Source of the DNA: Octopus vulgaris
Lineage: Eukaryota
Assembly (NCBI GenBank): GCA_951406725.2
Contig: OX597827.1
Location: 32,488,001 to 32,552,000, forward strand
Reading direction: 5' to 3'
Length of the DNA stretch: 64,000 nucleotides
Part shown: in pieces, positions 1 through 12,559 of the stretch
How the letters are laid out: every line of letters begins with the position of its first letter
Position numbering within the stretch: the stretch's first letter is position 1
Position numbers and translations under genes: made by a program
Notes under the pieces: model-generated
Seen by the model: the letters and a program-made list of their open reading frames with translations, nothing else
What the model was told of the DNA's origin: nothing
Database searches by the model: none

Positions 1-142
1 TAATCTTTTAACAAAAGAGCCTCCAAGATTTATAAATCTTAGTTCTTCAACAATTCTAAATCCTATGCCTTCACTCTTCCTGCTCCTCCTCTTGCTAGTT
101 TAGAAAAGTGATAATACTCCTGTTGCTTAAACACACACACAC

Positions 143-510
143 TTTTTATTTTTAATCTGTTTCAGTCATTTGACTGCGGCTATGCTGGAGCAAAACCTTT
201 AGTCGAACAAATTGACCCCAGAACTTATTCTTTGAAAGCCTAGAACTTATTCTATCGGTCTCTTTTACTGAACCGCTAAGTTACAGGGATATAAACACAC
301 CAACATTGGTTGTCAAGTGATGGTGGGGCGACAAATACAGACTCACGAACACATACACATATACGATGGGCTTCTTTCAGTTTCCGTCTACCAGATCCAC
401 TCACAAGGTTTTGGTTGGCCCGAGATTATAGTAGAAGACACTTGCCCAAGGTGTCACGCAGTGTGACTGAACCTGGGTCCATGTGGTTAGTAAGCAAGCT
501 ACTTACCTCA
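143..510 (-). mobile_element. tRNA-derived SINE, family A (about 18 copies in window)
   Basis: Matches the recurring unit TGGCTGTGTGGTAAG...GGTTCAGTCCC...GGCAAGTGTCTTCTACTATAG...CCAGCATGGCCGCAGTCAAATGACTGAAACA. Confidence 0.85.
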
Positions 511-1123
511 GAGCCTTATAGTTTTCTCTCTGTTTCTGTTTACCAAATCCATTCACAAGGCTTTAGTTGGCTCAGTTCTATTGTAGGAGCAGTAGGACTG
601 AACCCAAAATCATATGATTGGGATGCAAGCTTCCTAACCATGCAGCCACGTTGTCCCTTCTTAAATGGGGTCGGCTTATCTCTTATTCAATGAACTCAAA
701 TAAAACTGGTGGACCGGAATACACCTGTAGCCTTTAGTTTATCCTTCGCATTGCTGTGCATTGGGCTCTTCACACCTCCATGTCTACATCTACAGTTGCA
801 GGTGTGGCTGTGTGGTAAGAAGTTTGCTTCCTAACCACATGGTTCCCAGGTTCAATCCGACTGCCTGGCACCTTGGGCAAGTGTCTTCTATTATAGTCTC
901 AGACTGACCAAAGCTTGTGAGTGGATTTGGTAGATGGAAACTGGAAGAAGCCCGTCATATACATGTGTGTCTGTATTTGTCCTCCCACCCACCACTGCTT
1001 GGTTTCGACAACTGGTGTCTAACGGTGTGAGCTCCACTAAAGGTGCATGAGTGCCAGGTGATGGTTGTGTTATTAAAACAGTTGTTTGATTCATGCTTCT
1101 TTTCTAATGTTTCTCTTTTCCAG

Positions 1124-1170
1124 GTGTTAGAAAAGGTAGATGTTACAGATCGGATTGAGATGTCATCTGG
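1124..1170 (+). CDS. POLR1A: RNA polymerase I largest subunit, internal exon (first visible; gene starts upstream of window)
   Basis: Polypyrimidine ttccag acceptor and GTAAGT donor. Translates VLEKVDVTDRIEMSSG, resembling vertebrate RPA1 VLQKIDV. Phase 2 joins the next exon in frame. Confidence 0.85.
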
Positions 1171-1756
1171 GTAAGTAAACCAGTATATCTGCAATACAGT
1201 TGTCATCCATCACTTTTTCAGTTTGTGCCAGTCCAGTATGTTGACCAACTCGCTGACTCATGACAGCCAGTGTGACTCAAGTCCGCACGACGTCATATTT
1301 GACAGTCAGCCTCGAGTCGCACAAACCATCCTTGATTAGATCCATTGGAAAGCAGGGTAGGAGCTCTCTAATCTAAGGGAGATAACTTCACCATCAGTTT
1401 GACGGGTATCAACGTTCATCAGCAAATAATTTGAGTTCCTTAAACAAGGGCTATAACTCTTGTTAGAGTCGTGTGATCCGATGGCATAGCCTTTACTCCA
1501 CGCAGTAATATCTGTTTGCCAAACATCAGTGCACATCAGCAAATAAGTTTGTTTACTGGTTTCTATAAATATGAGCCTTTCGTTTCATTTAGATTCATTG
1601 ATCTGGGCTAGCTTTGACTGGGGAGACACACAATAAGGTCAAAATACCACAGTATCTGAAAGTCCCTTACTTTCGTCTATAAGTCACAGACATTATGAAC
1701 ACATCATCTACAAGGAGATATTCTTTGATGACAAGAAAACCGCAGCTGTCAGTATA

Positions 1757-4235
1757 TATAATAATAATAAAAACATTGTGTACAGTGCTCAGGTGCACTA
1801 CAACTCATCTAAAGTGTATGTATAAATCAGATGAAGTTTCGGCGGATTTCGGAAAGCATGAGGGCCTTAAAGGATGCGGTGTCATGGCAGTCAACAACTG
1901 ATGCAGGCAGTTTGTTCCATGCTTCAGCAACTCTGAGCGTGAAGAAATGTTTCCGAACGTCATGGGAGCTGTGTTGTTTTCTGACTTTGTAGGCATGTCC
2001 ACGTGTGTTAGACACATGAAGATCAAAAAGGTGTTCAGTGTTGTTGTTGGTGAGGTGGTTGATAACTTTGTGGGTGTTTACCAAGTCCATCGCCAGACAT
2101 CGGAGCTTCAGTGAATCCATGCCCAGGGAAACAAGGCGCTCAGAGTATGGTAGGTGTCTGATGGAGGGTATGCGTTTGGTTGCACGTCTCTGAACAGATT
2201 CCAGGAGGTCAATGTTCTGAGCAAGATAGGGGTTCCAAACTGATAATGCGAATTCCAAGTGTGATCGTACCATAGCTGTATACAGTTTTAAATAGATGGC
2301 TGGAGAGTGGCTAACAAAAGTCTTGCTGAGTGATGCCAAGACACCCTCGGCCTTCTTGACAATTTTAGAGATATGCTTTGTCCAACGCAAATCACTGCTG
2401 ACAGTGATGCCTAGGTCACGCTCACAAGAGGATTTCTTGATATCAGTGTTGTTGGGGGAGTATGTGGACGCAGGATTTTTTCTCCCGAGATGCATGGTGG
2501 TACACATGTCCACAGCCAGTTTCAGTTGCCAGTCTGTGATCCATTGCTGCATTGTGTCCAGGTCTGATTGCAGGAAAGAGCTGTAGACAACAGGATCTGT
2601 CCTCTTGATTTCAAGGTACTGCTTGATGTCGTCTGCATATTTCAATAGTGTGGCATTCTTTAAATTGGCATCTATGTCATTAATGTATGCCACAAACAAG
2701 AGGGGACCAAGGACAGATCCCTGTGGTACACCCGATGACATCTCATATGGTGTAGAATGCTCTCCTAGAACTGTGACTACCTCCTTTCGGCTGAGAATGA
2801 AGGATTTCAACCAATTAAAAAGATCATCCCTCACACCCATTGCAGAGAGTTTCACCATAAGCCTTTTGTGTGGCACAGATTTGAAAGCCTTAGCAAAGTC
2901 AAGGTAGACATCATCCACCCATGAGCCACTGTCAATGATCTGAGTAATGTCCTCAAGGAACTCAACAAGTTGATCACTGCAGCTGGAGTTAGGAACAAAT
3001 CCATATTGTGAGGGTCGGATGAGACTGTGAGAGCTCCAGAAGTTCTAAAGTGTTTCTCTGACACACGATTCCATCAGTTTTGCAATACAGCTAGTAAGAC
3101 TGACTGGGCGATAGTTGACAGGTGATGTGCGGTCGCCCTTTTTGAACAGAGGAATGACACTGGCAGTTTTCCACTGCTCCGGAGTAGCACCATTGTTGAG
3201 ACAGTACTGGAAAAAAATAGAAAGCTGGTGTAAAAGGAAGTACCTGCCACGTTTGAAAAGCAGGTATGTAACTCCATCAAGACCAGGGGAGGCATAGTTG
3301 CGCTTATTTTGAAGGTGACGTTGCAGCATTGCAGGTGTAAATTTCATAGTTGTTATGGAATTTGCTGTTAGAGATGGTGAAGATGGTACATTTTGACTTT
3401 CAACAGTGAATATGTTTGCATAGCACTCGGCAATGAGTTCTGCGCATTCCTTGGGATCATCAGTGATCTGGTTTGTGTGAGGGTTGCGAAGAGTGAGGTC
3501 TCTGCTTTGAATGCACATATTTCCAGAAAACCTTGCTTTCAGGATTGGCTGCTATGCACTGTTCAAATTCAAGCACTGCTTTTTTTGTCACTTGCTTGAG
3601 ATGGTTGGAAGATTTATTCCGCTTTTTCTTGTTGGTGTCTGATTTATGCAACTTGTATTCCCGTTCAGCAGTCCGACGTTCCTTCCTGGCAAGTCGGACC
3701 GCTGAAGTTTCCCAAATTGCACTTTTGGGGTGGTTCTTCTTTTTCTGTTTACGTGGCACTGATGCTGCACATGCTGCCCATATTGAGTCCAGGATACTCT
3801 GGAGTATAGTATTCACATCTCCAGAGTTGTAGAATTCATGCCAGTTTGGGTGCTGTAATTCAGTGTGGTACAGGTTCCAATCTGCTCTCTTCCAATCGAA
3901 GGAAGCAGATTGGAGATGGTTCAGGTTTTTGTTGTTGCCCGCAAGAGCCAGATTGGCGATGATCATAGCATGAACGGAGTCGCCTAGAGGTTCCTCCATA
4001 GAACAATTGATAACCGCTTCAGGAGTTGTGGTGAAGAGCAGGTCCAACATTTAACCATGTGTTGCTGTATTTTTGTCGCCTCTTGTTGGAGAGGTGACTA
4101 CTTGTGACCAGTTTGAGTCCAGCACAAGCTCAACGAAATCGTTTGCACTCTGTGGCCAATGGAAGGTTTCCCAGTTGATCTCAAGATGATTGAAATCGCC
4201 TGCAATAAAAATGTTAAAATCTGCCAGAACATATT
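1757..4235 (-). mobile_element. 5'-truncated, frameshifted CR1/L2-type LINE (APE endonuclease end plus RT) antisense in a POLR1A intron
   Basis: GDFN (4189-4200), PTRG..MLDLLFT, SPGLDGV, NYRPVSLTS, DFAKAF, QGSVLGPLLF and YADD across ORFs 3460-4050, 3045-3518 and 1827-2918. Short (TTA)n tail near 1760. Confidence 0.9.
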
Positions 4236-5084
4236 GAGAATGAATAGTAACATTATTGTTTAATCCATTTCTCTGATATTCATTTTTAACATTTAACCAT
4301 GTGTTGCTGTATTTTTGTAAGGTTTTTTTTTTTATTCTCTAGAGTTTTGTTATTTTTTTTCTTTTATAATCAAAGCTGTCTTAGTGGGAGAAAATGTCTG
4401 CTGATGATTATTTGACTAGATCAATTATTCAGTCATTTAATTGATGAATTAATTGTAGCTAAGGCTTTGGAGATGAAAAACCAGAGTGATATATCTATTT
4501 CCTCTGTATGTACTTGACATCTGACTTTGATCCATTCATTTTACCATGACATCACGTGAACAAAATATAAATCTTACCTGAAGAATGGTCATCAAACACT
4601 GAACATTTGCCAAATGTTCATCTTAAAATACCTTCAGCAACTTAAAGTACAGCCTGTTAAGTACATAGCCACGTTTGCAGAAGGATGGCTGTGGGGTTAA
4701 GAAGCTTGCATTTCAACCACATGATTCCAGGTTCAATCCAACTGCGTGGCACCTTGGGCAAGTGTCTTCTACTATAGCCTCAGATCAACCAAAGCCTTGT
4801 GAGTGGATTTAAGAAATGGAAACTGAAAGAAACCTCTGTGTGTGTATGTGTGTACCTGGCATTGACATCACCTGATGGCCATGAAACAAGCATTACTATC
4901 ATACAAGCAATGTTCTTCATCCAGTCTTCTGTGGAAAACATGCCTGGTGGCCCTGGGGGAAAATAAAATCTGCCCATCGAAAATCGGCCTCCAGAAACTT
5001 TGTCTGACTCATGTAGGCAAAGGAAAGTGAGCATTGAAATGATTATGGGAATGACATATATATGTATATGTATTTATATGCATT

Positions 5085-5397
5085 CTCTTTTATTTTTGTT
5101 TCAGTCATTTGACTGCGGCCATAAAGGAGCACTGCCTTTAGTTGATCAAATCAACCCCAGAGCTTATTCTTTGTAAGCCTAGTACTTAGTCTATCGGTCT
5201 CTTGCTGAGCCACTAAGTTAGGGGAACATGGACACACAAACGGGCTTCTTTCAGTTTCCATCTACCATATCCACTCACAAGACTTTGGTTGGCCCAAGGC
5301 TATAGCAGAAGACACTTGCCCAAGGTGCCATGCAGTAGGACTGAACCCAGAACCATGTGGTTGGTAAGTAAGCTACTTACCACACAGCCACTCCTGT
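5085..5397 (-). mobile_element. SINE family A
   Basis: Same head and tail as 143-510, with an internal deletion. Confidence 0.85.
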
Positions 5398-5861
5398 ATA
5401 ATATATATATATAAATAAATAAAACCAAAGAACTGCAGTGGTTTTGAACTCCTGACCTTTAATATTGTAATTCAGTACCTTATTTACTGCCATTTTGTTG
5501 TTACATTTAGTAATGGAGGTTGGTTTTCCACCACATTTCTTAAAATTGTGGTAGGGGCCTTGGTCTCGAGACCACTCATGTCTAGAAACTAAGGTTGCAG
5601 GTAAGCAAGGGCATGTTCCCCGTAGAAAATTCAGCTCCAAAAAAGCCTCATGATAGCAAAGGAGAATGGGCACCAGTCAGCCCAAATGTTGGGGGTGTGC
5701 TGCACTAGCCTACATCAGTTGCTATGGTATTGAGGGCAAAACCCGGATTTAAAACACTGGATGATGATGATAATAGAGGTGTTGGTAGGGTGCAATTGTA
5801 ATGACCACATCCTTGGTTATTGTTTTTAATATCTTGTTTCTCTTGTCTCTTTCCCCATTAG

Positions 5862-6029
5862 ATTTAACGATCGGTTGTACATAGTCCGTTTACAGTTCCT
5901 ACCTCAATGCAAATACCAAGACCAGTTGGCAACAAATCCAGACGATATCCTTCGCCACGTGGAATTGAAATACATCACTGGTTTGCTGAAATCCATCAAA
6001 TCAACAATCAAGTTCACACAGGCCTCGTT
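5862..6029 (+). CDS. POLR1A: POLR1A exon
   Basis: cattag acceptor, GTGAGT donor, 168 nt. FNDRLYIVRLQFLPQCKYQDQLATNPDDILRHVELKYITGLLKSIK matches the RPA1 YQLRFQFLP...PEDILRFME pattern. Confidence 0.9.
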
Positions 6030-6193
6030 GTGAGTATTTGCTTTTCATTTCTGTAATAAAACTGTTTAGTTTGGTCTGGTTGAAACCCAGACTGGTTCTG
6101 ATTCACTTGATCCAGTATCAAGGACATTCTAGCCAGCCATGAACAGTGAAAGTCAACAAACTAAACTTGCTTTAGAAGTGTTGAGATGTATTG

Positions 6194-6384
6194 AAAGACA
6201 CAGAAATAATTTATTCTCAAACGTATGATAATGCTAATACAATAGCATGAACAGGATAAACTATGCATATATTGAAGAAAAAATCGTTACCAGCCAGCCA
6301 TGAGGCTATAATTATAGTTTATCCTGTTCATGCTGTTGTATAAGCATTATCATGTGTTTGAGAAAAAATTATTTCTGTGTCTTT
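6194..6384. repeat. inverted repeat, 71-bp arms with 49-nt spacer
   Basis: 6194-6264 is a near-perfect reverse complement of 6314-6384. Confidence 0.9.
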
Positions 6385-6821
6385 TATAATTTTTATTCAA
6401 ACACGGTGTAGCTGTGTGCTTAAGAAGCTTGCTTGTCAGATGTATGGTTTTGGGTTCAGTCCCTCAGCCCTCAGCATGGCACTTTGGGTGTGTGTGTTCT
6501 CTTGTAGCCCCAGTGTGTGGATTTCATAAATGAAAATCAGAGAAAAAAGAACAAAACCACACACACACACATATTTGTGTGTGGTGATGTTCCATCGTTG
6601 TAGGTTTTCTACAGCTGGATACCCTTCCTGTTGCCAACCCTCACTTGTTTCCAAGCAAAGAAATATTTCTTCATCATCATACATGTTTCCCTGGAAGACT
6701 GGAAATGAATGACAGTGCCACTCATTTACAACTCTCATGCAATATCAAGACAAAGAGGCACAAACATACACATTCTTTCTCACCACCCGCCCACCCATAT
6801 ACACAAACACACATACATATA

Positions 6822-7632
6822 TGAGGTCAGATCAACAAGTATCTGGACTGTTGCCATAGTAACAAAGATTGACGTTCATCTCTGTTGTGCATGCATACTA
6901 AGTTTTAACGTTCTAGCTCTCTTCTGCTATTTACAGCAGTGCTTGGAACGAACATGTGTAGCACGTGATCACCGCATTGACCATGACAGAGAAAGTTGTC
7001 ATGGCAGTACCTGTTCAGAGGCCTATGCAATGTTGCAGAAAGTGTGTGGGCAACACACAAGTGTAAGAATGGTTCAGACGTTTTCAAGACGGCCACAAAA
7101 ATATCGATATTGATGAATGTTCAGGGAGTCCCGCAACCAGCAGAACTGAGAGAAACATGGCAAATGTGCAGCTCGAAGAGAAAACCGTAAAATCACCATC
7201 TATGTGTTATCAGAGGATGTGCAGATTAGTTACGGTTCAGTCCAGTAGATTATCACTGAAGATTTAGGTATAAGACACTTGTCTGCCAAGTTTATGCCAA
7301 AACTGCTTTCATTTGACCAAAAAGCACTCAGGTTTCAGTTGCACAAGATCTTGATTGTGTCAAGAATGATAGACCCTCTGAGCAGGTGTGGCCAAGCTTT
7401 TGGCAAAATTTGATGCAGATTCTCTGCTTAACTTTCTCTGTCATGGTCAATGCGATGATCATGCACCTTCCTTCCAAGCACTGTTGTAAACAGCGGAAGT
7501 GAGCTAGAACGTCAAAATTTAGTACGCATGCACTTCAGAGATCAAGGTCAATCTATGCAGAACGGCTTCAGCTCTGCAGGCTTTAGCTTTGCTACTCTGG
7601 CAAAAGACCGGATACTTATTGATCGGATCATG
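6822..7632 (+). mobile_element. internally deleted mariner transposon with long terminal inverted repeats
   Basis: TA-flanked TIRs (TGAGGTCAGATCAACAAGTATC / GATACTTATTGATCGGATC). Transposase remnants MTEKV..CSEAYAMLQKV, EDVQISYGSVQ, EDLG.RHLSAKFMPKLLS. 6887-6997 pairs with 7430-7533. Confidence 0.85.
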
Positions 7633-7634
7633 TA

Positions 7635-7676
<42 letters not shown>

Positions 7677-8030
7677 CTGTATTATATAACTAATATTATA
7701 CCATTTATATATTTTAAAAAAAACACATCGATCTCTATGGATCTTTTAATTGAAACTCTTAACTGCTCTTAATTTTCGTACAAAAAATTTTTCATCAGTT
7801 CTCTTTTTCTCACACTTCCCTCCATGTGTCGATATGTATTAATATATGTATGTGCATTTTAAGTCAAATTTATAACTGTATGAATATGATTGTTTAATTT
7901 GAGTTTATATCTTAATTCTTATCTTTTGTCTCAGTGCTTTTGTCCCGAGCACTTCTTAAGCAGTTCTATATTTTTCATAAGAAAGAACAATAACATTATA
8001 TATATGTATGTATGTATGTATATATATATA

Positions 8031-8341
8031 TCACTGTGATCACGTGACCAACCAGGCTATCAGATGTTGCGACACATCACTGGTCACAATGCGCTTTGCA
8101 TTGTTTTAGCCTTCAAATGACGCCACCCCGCTGGCTAAGCGAGCAGGCCAACAGAAGAAAGAGCGAGAGAAAGTTGTGGTGAAAGAGTACAGCAGGGATC
8201 GCCACCACGCCCTGCCGGAGCTTCGTGGAGCTTTAGTTGTTTTCGCTCAATAAACACTCACAACGCCTGATCTGGGAATCGAAACCATGCTCCTACGGCT
8301 GTAAGTCCGCTGCCCTAACCACTGGGCCATTGCCCCTCCAC
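8031..8341 (-). mobile_element. tRNA-derived SINE, family D
   Basis: Minus-strand head GCAATGGCCCAGTGGTTAGGGCAGCGGAC...GTTTCGATTCCC (A and B boxes). Related pieces near 18690, 48302, 51800, 52300 and 60045. Confidence 0.75.
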
Positions 8342-8759
8342 TATAGATATATATTTTGAGAAATTTATCGCTTTCCTCTCACTTCGGAGATTATCCAAAA
8401 TTTTAACTTCCTACTTTTTCTTGATATATAAAATCTGTACACCACTTCAAACAGTCTATACACGTCTGTATGTGTGTGTATATGTAGTGTGTTTCTTTTA
8501 GTTTCTATTCACCATATTCACTCTCAAGGCTTTGAGTTGGCTCTGAGCTAAAATAGAATACATTTGGCCACAATGCCATGCAGTGATGCTCAATCAGAAA
8601 CCATATTGTTACAAAGTAAAGTTCTCGACCATATACCCATGCCTGCACCGATACACAGATGTATGTATGTGCATCTAAGTGTTAATGAACTGAAGAACTT
8701 TGGAGACTGAGAACTTTGGAGATATGCTGTGATTGAGAAGACCCAGCAACTAACGTGAG

Positions 8760-9202
8760 ATTGCAGCCATGGCCAATGCCAGTGTTGCATGTCCTGCCAA
8801 TTTAAAAGTACCCTTGATGCGCCGGGCAGTATGATATGCTTGAGAAGACTAAAATCCCAGCTGTGGCTAGTGCCCCCTGACTGGTTTCCATACTGGTGGC
8901 ACGTAGAATGCATCATCCGAACATGGTTGATGTCAGTGTCGCTTGACTGGCTCCCGTGCCAGTGGCACATAAAAAGTACCATGCAAAAGTGATCGATGCC
9001 AGGCCCACCTGACTGGCTCCTGTGCTGGTGGCACATAAAAAGCACCCACTACACTCGCGTGGTTGGCGTTAGAAAGAGCATCCAGCTGTAGAAACATTGC
9101 CAGATCAGATTGGAGCCTGGTGCAGCTGCTGGCTTTCAAGACCTCAGTCAAACCGTCCAACACATGCCAGCATGGAAAATGGACGTTAGACAACAATGAT
9201 GA
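8760..9202 (+). mobile_element. SINE-like family C with internal ~60-bp subrepeats and (GAT)n tail
   Basis: Repeats of GACTGGCTCC.GTGC..GTGGCAC.TAAAAAGCACC, then AGGGCATCCAGCTGTAGAAAC...AGCATGGAAA..GGACGTTA. Other copies near 11757, 13180, 17505 and 18039. Confidence 0.75.
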
Positions 9203-9318
9203 CTATCTGGAAATTTTGTCCTAAGACAAATTCACCATATGGACAGTGATTGAGTGTATTATATTTTCATTTTATTTTAATAAAATGAAAAAGAATGATT
9301 GAAGTTTTTATAAAAGCA

Positions 9319-9639
9319 TTAACCCATAAAGCGTTGGGATTTGCACTTACATAGCATGAACTGTTGAGCATATTTCATGAAAATGAGTCTACCATGGACA
9401 CATAAAAAACAAAAATAATCAAAATATCTTCTTAGTATATAATGATAGCAAGTTTTACATCATCTAAAGAGTCATTAGTTGAACTATTATTCCTCTTGCA
9501 TTCTGGGGGATATCTGCGTTTGAGTGACATTAGACCCCAACAAACACCTATAAATTAAATGCATCTATCTGGGTCACGATCGTGGCCTGTCGACCTATGC
9601 CTGACAGCCATGATCGTGGCCTGTTGTGCTTTGTGTTAA
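9319..9639. mobile_element. possible piggyBac-like MITE
   Basis: TTAA at both ends, degenerate TIR CCCATAAAGCG / GTGCTTTGTG, and duplicated subterminal GATCGTGGCCTGT. Confidence 0.35.
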
Positions 9640-9829
9640 ATAGCTAAATTTTTATTTAACATCAAGCATTAAAAAAAAAAACGTGGTGCGGTCATTTAAA
9701 ATGAAATTTCTTATGGTGAATTTTCCTATGACAAATATATGTTTGACAAAATTTATTGTAACCAAAAAATTCATAGGAATTTTCTCTTAATTCCCTAATG
9801 ATTTTCTGTTTCTGTTCTGTCCTTCACAG

Positions 9830-10206
9830 ACGGATTCTTCCCAAGGACATTGTTCATACTATAAAAGTTACGCTGGCTGATTCGGCTGAACCATCTGCTA
9901 ACAAGGAGCAAGATGGAGAAAGTGTTGGGGAGGAGGAAGAGGAGCCTGCTGCCAATGCCGAGAGGGGAGACGAGTCTGAAGACTCCACGTCCAGTGGAGA
10001 AGACGAGATGGATGCAGTTGATGGCAAACAGAAGAAGCAGACAAGTGATGAACATGACTACAATGATGATGATGACGATGATGACGACGACGACGATGAT
10101 GATGACGATGATGATGATGACAATGATGATGATGAGGACAGTGACAGTGAGACGGAAACAAAGAAGGACAGTAATACGACCGAAATTATGGAAGATGAGG
10201 ACGAAG
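9830..10206 (+). CDS. POLR1A: POLR1A exon encoding the acidic expander / DNA-mimicking loop region
   Basis: cacag acceptor, G|GTCTGT donor, phases fit both neighbours. Contains DAVDGKQKKQTSDEHDY (compare RPA1 DASDAKRKEKQEEEVDY) and a poly-Asp tract. Confidence 0.85.
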
Positions 10207-10802
10207 GTCTGTTTATTCATTTGTTTGTTTCTCTATTTTTGTTGTTATCATTGTCAATGTTTTAGAAAGAGTGAGGATTGAACTATCAAAACACGGGAAA
10301 CAATACTTATTTCACATTTTTGAATAGATAAGAGTTTAATTTCTGGCGCAGATATTTGTACAGTATGGGTTATGTCCCTTGCCTGTGGAGTGAGGCCGGC
10401 TTCTTTACATTTACTTTTTTGTTTTCTTTCCAGGGTCGATAAAATAAAGTACCAGTCAAATACTAGGGTCAATATATTTTGCTGTTCTCCTCTCAGTAAA
10501 TTTCTGCCCTTGTCCCTACGTTAGAAACATTTATCTTCAACCTATAATAAGCATTGAACCTGCGGCATGTAGACCCACATTGCAATCTCACAAGGCACAA
10601 GCATAGCTGTATGGTTAAAAAGTTTGCTTGCCAGTCACATAGTTTCAGGTTCAGTCCTGCTGCATGGTACCTTGGGTTAGTGTCTCTTGCCCCAGGCCAA
10701 CCTTGTGAGTAGATTTGGTTGGCAGAAACTGAAAAGAAGCCCATCTTGTATGTGTATGTGTGTTTTTGTATCTCCCTGTCTTGACAAGTGATTATTACAA
10801 AT

Positions 10803-10996
10803 CAGGGGTACTCAACCATTTTTTATCTATGGTTGCTATTATATTCCAGTGTGTCTCATTGTAGTCATTTGATGCTTAAAATCTTGGCACACATAAACTA
10901 AGTAAAAAAGGTTGGAGCAGAAAAGTTAGGGTTTAAATAAATCTAAAGCAAAATTTTTTTTTATGGGTCCCCAGTTTGCTAGTTTGAGAACCACTA
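10803..10996. mobile_element. hAT/Charlie-like MITE
   Basis: TIR CAGGGGTACTCAA / TTGAGAACCACTA. Confidence 0.5.
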
Positions 10997-12245
10997 TGGT
11001 AAATGAACATCACAGACATACAAGGGATGTTGTTTGTTTCCACTCTTCCAGGAAAGCATGTCTGGCCACAGGGAATATTACTTTGCTTGGAAACGGTAAG
11101 GGCATCAGGCTGTAGAAGAATCTGCCTCAATGAATTCCATCCGATTCATGCTAGCATGGAATCGTCTACTTTAAAAGAAACTATGAAAGGGAATTCATCA
11201 GTTTTAATAAGCACATGTACACCATGATTTACTTTATTTCCACAACCTGTATTGGGAAGCAGGTGTTCTTTTTATTTTCATTATATTTATGTTTACAGTT
11301 AATTTATTTTGATACATTGTTAGGAAGGGCATTCAGCTGTGGAAACCATGTCGAATCAGATTGAAACCTAGTGCAGCTTGCCAGTTTTCAGTCAACCCAT
11401 GGGAAACAGATGTTAAGTGATGATAATGACATCCTCATGTTCTGTAGATGTTTCAAAAGAATAAAGAATACGCTTTTCTGTCTTGTGAGAAAACGATTTT
11501 TCCATTTGACTACAATTTTTAAAGGATGCTACCCTTATTTAAAGAACAGTACCCTTCATAAGAATAGCCCCGACATCTTGAAGATTTAGCTTGATGGCTG
11601 GTTTGACTCGACACCTTTGGCATCTTGGGTAGCTTTCAAGAAGTTCACTCTGTTGAAAGCATTCAGACCAATTCTCTGGTCTGGAAATAACTTCCTCTCT
11701 CTTTCTTCCACTGGTCCCGCAGCCCTTATTAAGGACCGTTGGTACTGTGTTCTCTCATCATCATCATTTAACATCTGTTTTCCATGCTGGCATGGGTTGG
11801 ACGGTTTGACACAAGCTGGCAAGCCAGAGGGATGCCCTTCCTAACGTCAACAACTTTGCAGAGTGTTTTGGGTGCTTTTTACGTGGTAGCAGCATATGTG
11901 TTTTATGCATAACACCAAGATGGGTGCTTTGTATGTGGCGCTTGCACAGGAGTTTTTCACATGGCACCAGCATATGGTATATAGCTGTAAAACAATGCCT
12001 CTATAATACATTCATCTAACCAGTGCTAACGTGGTGAGAGTGGACGTAAAGATGAACAAACTTCATCCCTGAGACTTGGTTCCAAACGCATGCAAAGGCC
12101 TGTCCTGGTGTTAATCTGAGCAATGAATTAAGTCTCCAACCTAAATGAATTCAAGGAATTCTTGAAGACAAGTGAAAATGAGTGGAGCAGACAGTGGGAG
12201 CCGTGTCTAACGTAGTTATGAAAAAATGTTCTCCCTTTTGCACAG

Positions 12246-12331
12246 AGTTCAAGAACGAAGAGGTTGTGGAAGAATATTTTTACCTTGAAGATGACATGAA
12301 GAAAACAAAAAGAGAACCAGCAAAAGGAAAA
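12246..12331 (+). CDS. POLR1A: POLR1A exon
   Basis: gcacag acceptor, GTGAGT donor, 86 nt (phase 1 to 0). EFKNEEVVEEYFYLEDDMKKTKREPAKGK keeps the frame between flanking exons. Confidence 0.75.
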
Positions 12332-12478
12332 GTGAGTAATTTTTTTTTTTTGCAGGGTGGGGTGGGGGAGGTCATTTTTTCCCTTTCTTTTCTTTTTGTT
12401 GTTTAGTCCCAGGTCAACCTCTGCTGTATATTATCTGTTAGATATTAACATTTTGATAATTTTTTAATATCTTTGCAG

Positions 12479-12559
12479 TACCTAGATTCATTCAATGAGG
12501 CTATATTGTCATATAGTTACGACGAAGAAAAGAGTCTTTGGTGTGAAGTAGTATTCAAG
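12479..12559 (+). CDS. POLR1A: POLR1A exon
   Basis: ttgcag acceptor, GTAAGA donor, 81 nt. YLDSFNEAILSYSYDEEKSLWCEVVFK (compare RPA1 YQYDTEESLWCQV). Confidence 0.9.

Noticed and set aside
1230-1740. Complex intronic sequence as an extra exon or transposase remnant
   Set aside because: No recognisable motif, and the POLR1A exons at 1124 and 5862 already join in frame.
8860-9060. Regularly spaced repeats GACTGGCTCC.GTGC..GTGGCAC resembling a CRISPR array
   Set aside because: Internal subrepeats of a dispersed SINE-like family; the spacers are related to each other, there are no cas genes and the context is eukaryotic.
9795-10281. Alternative-frame and antisense ORFs (poly-Ile, poly-His, poly-Met)
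   Set aside because: Shadows of the (GAT)n tract in the POLR1A exon.
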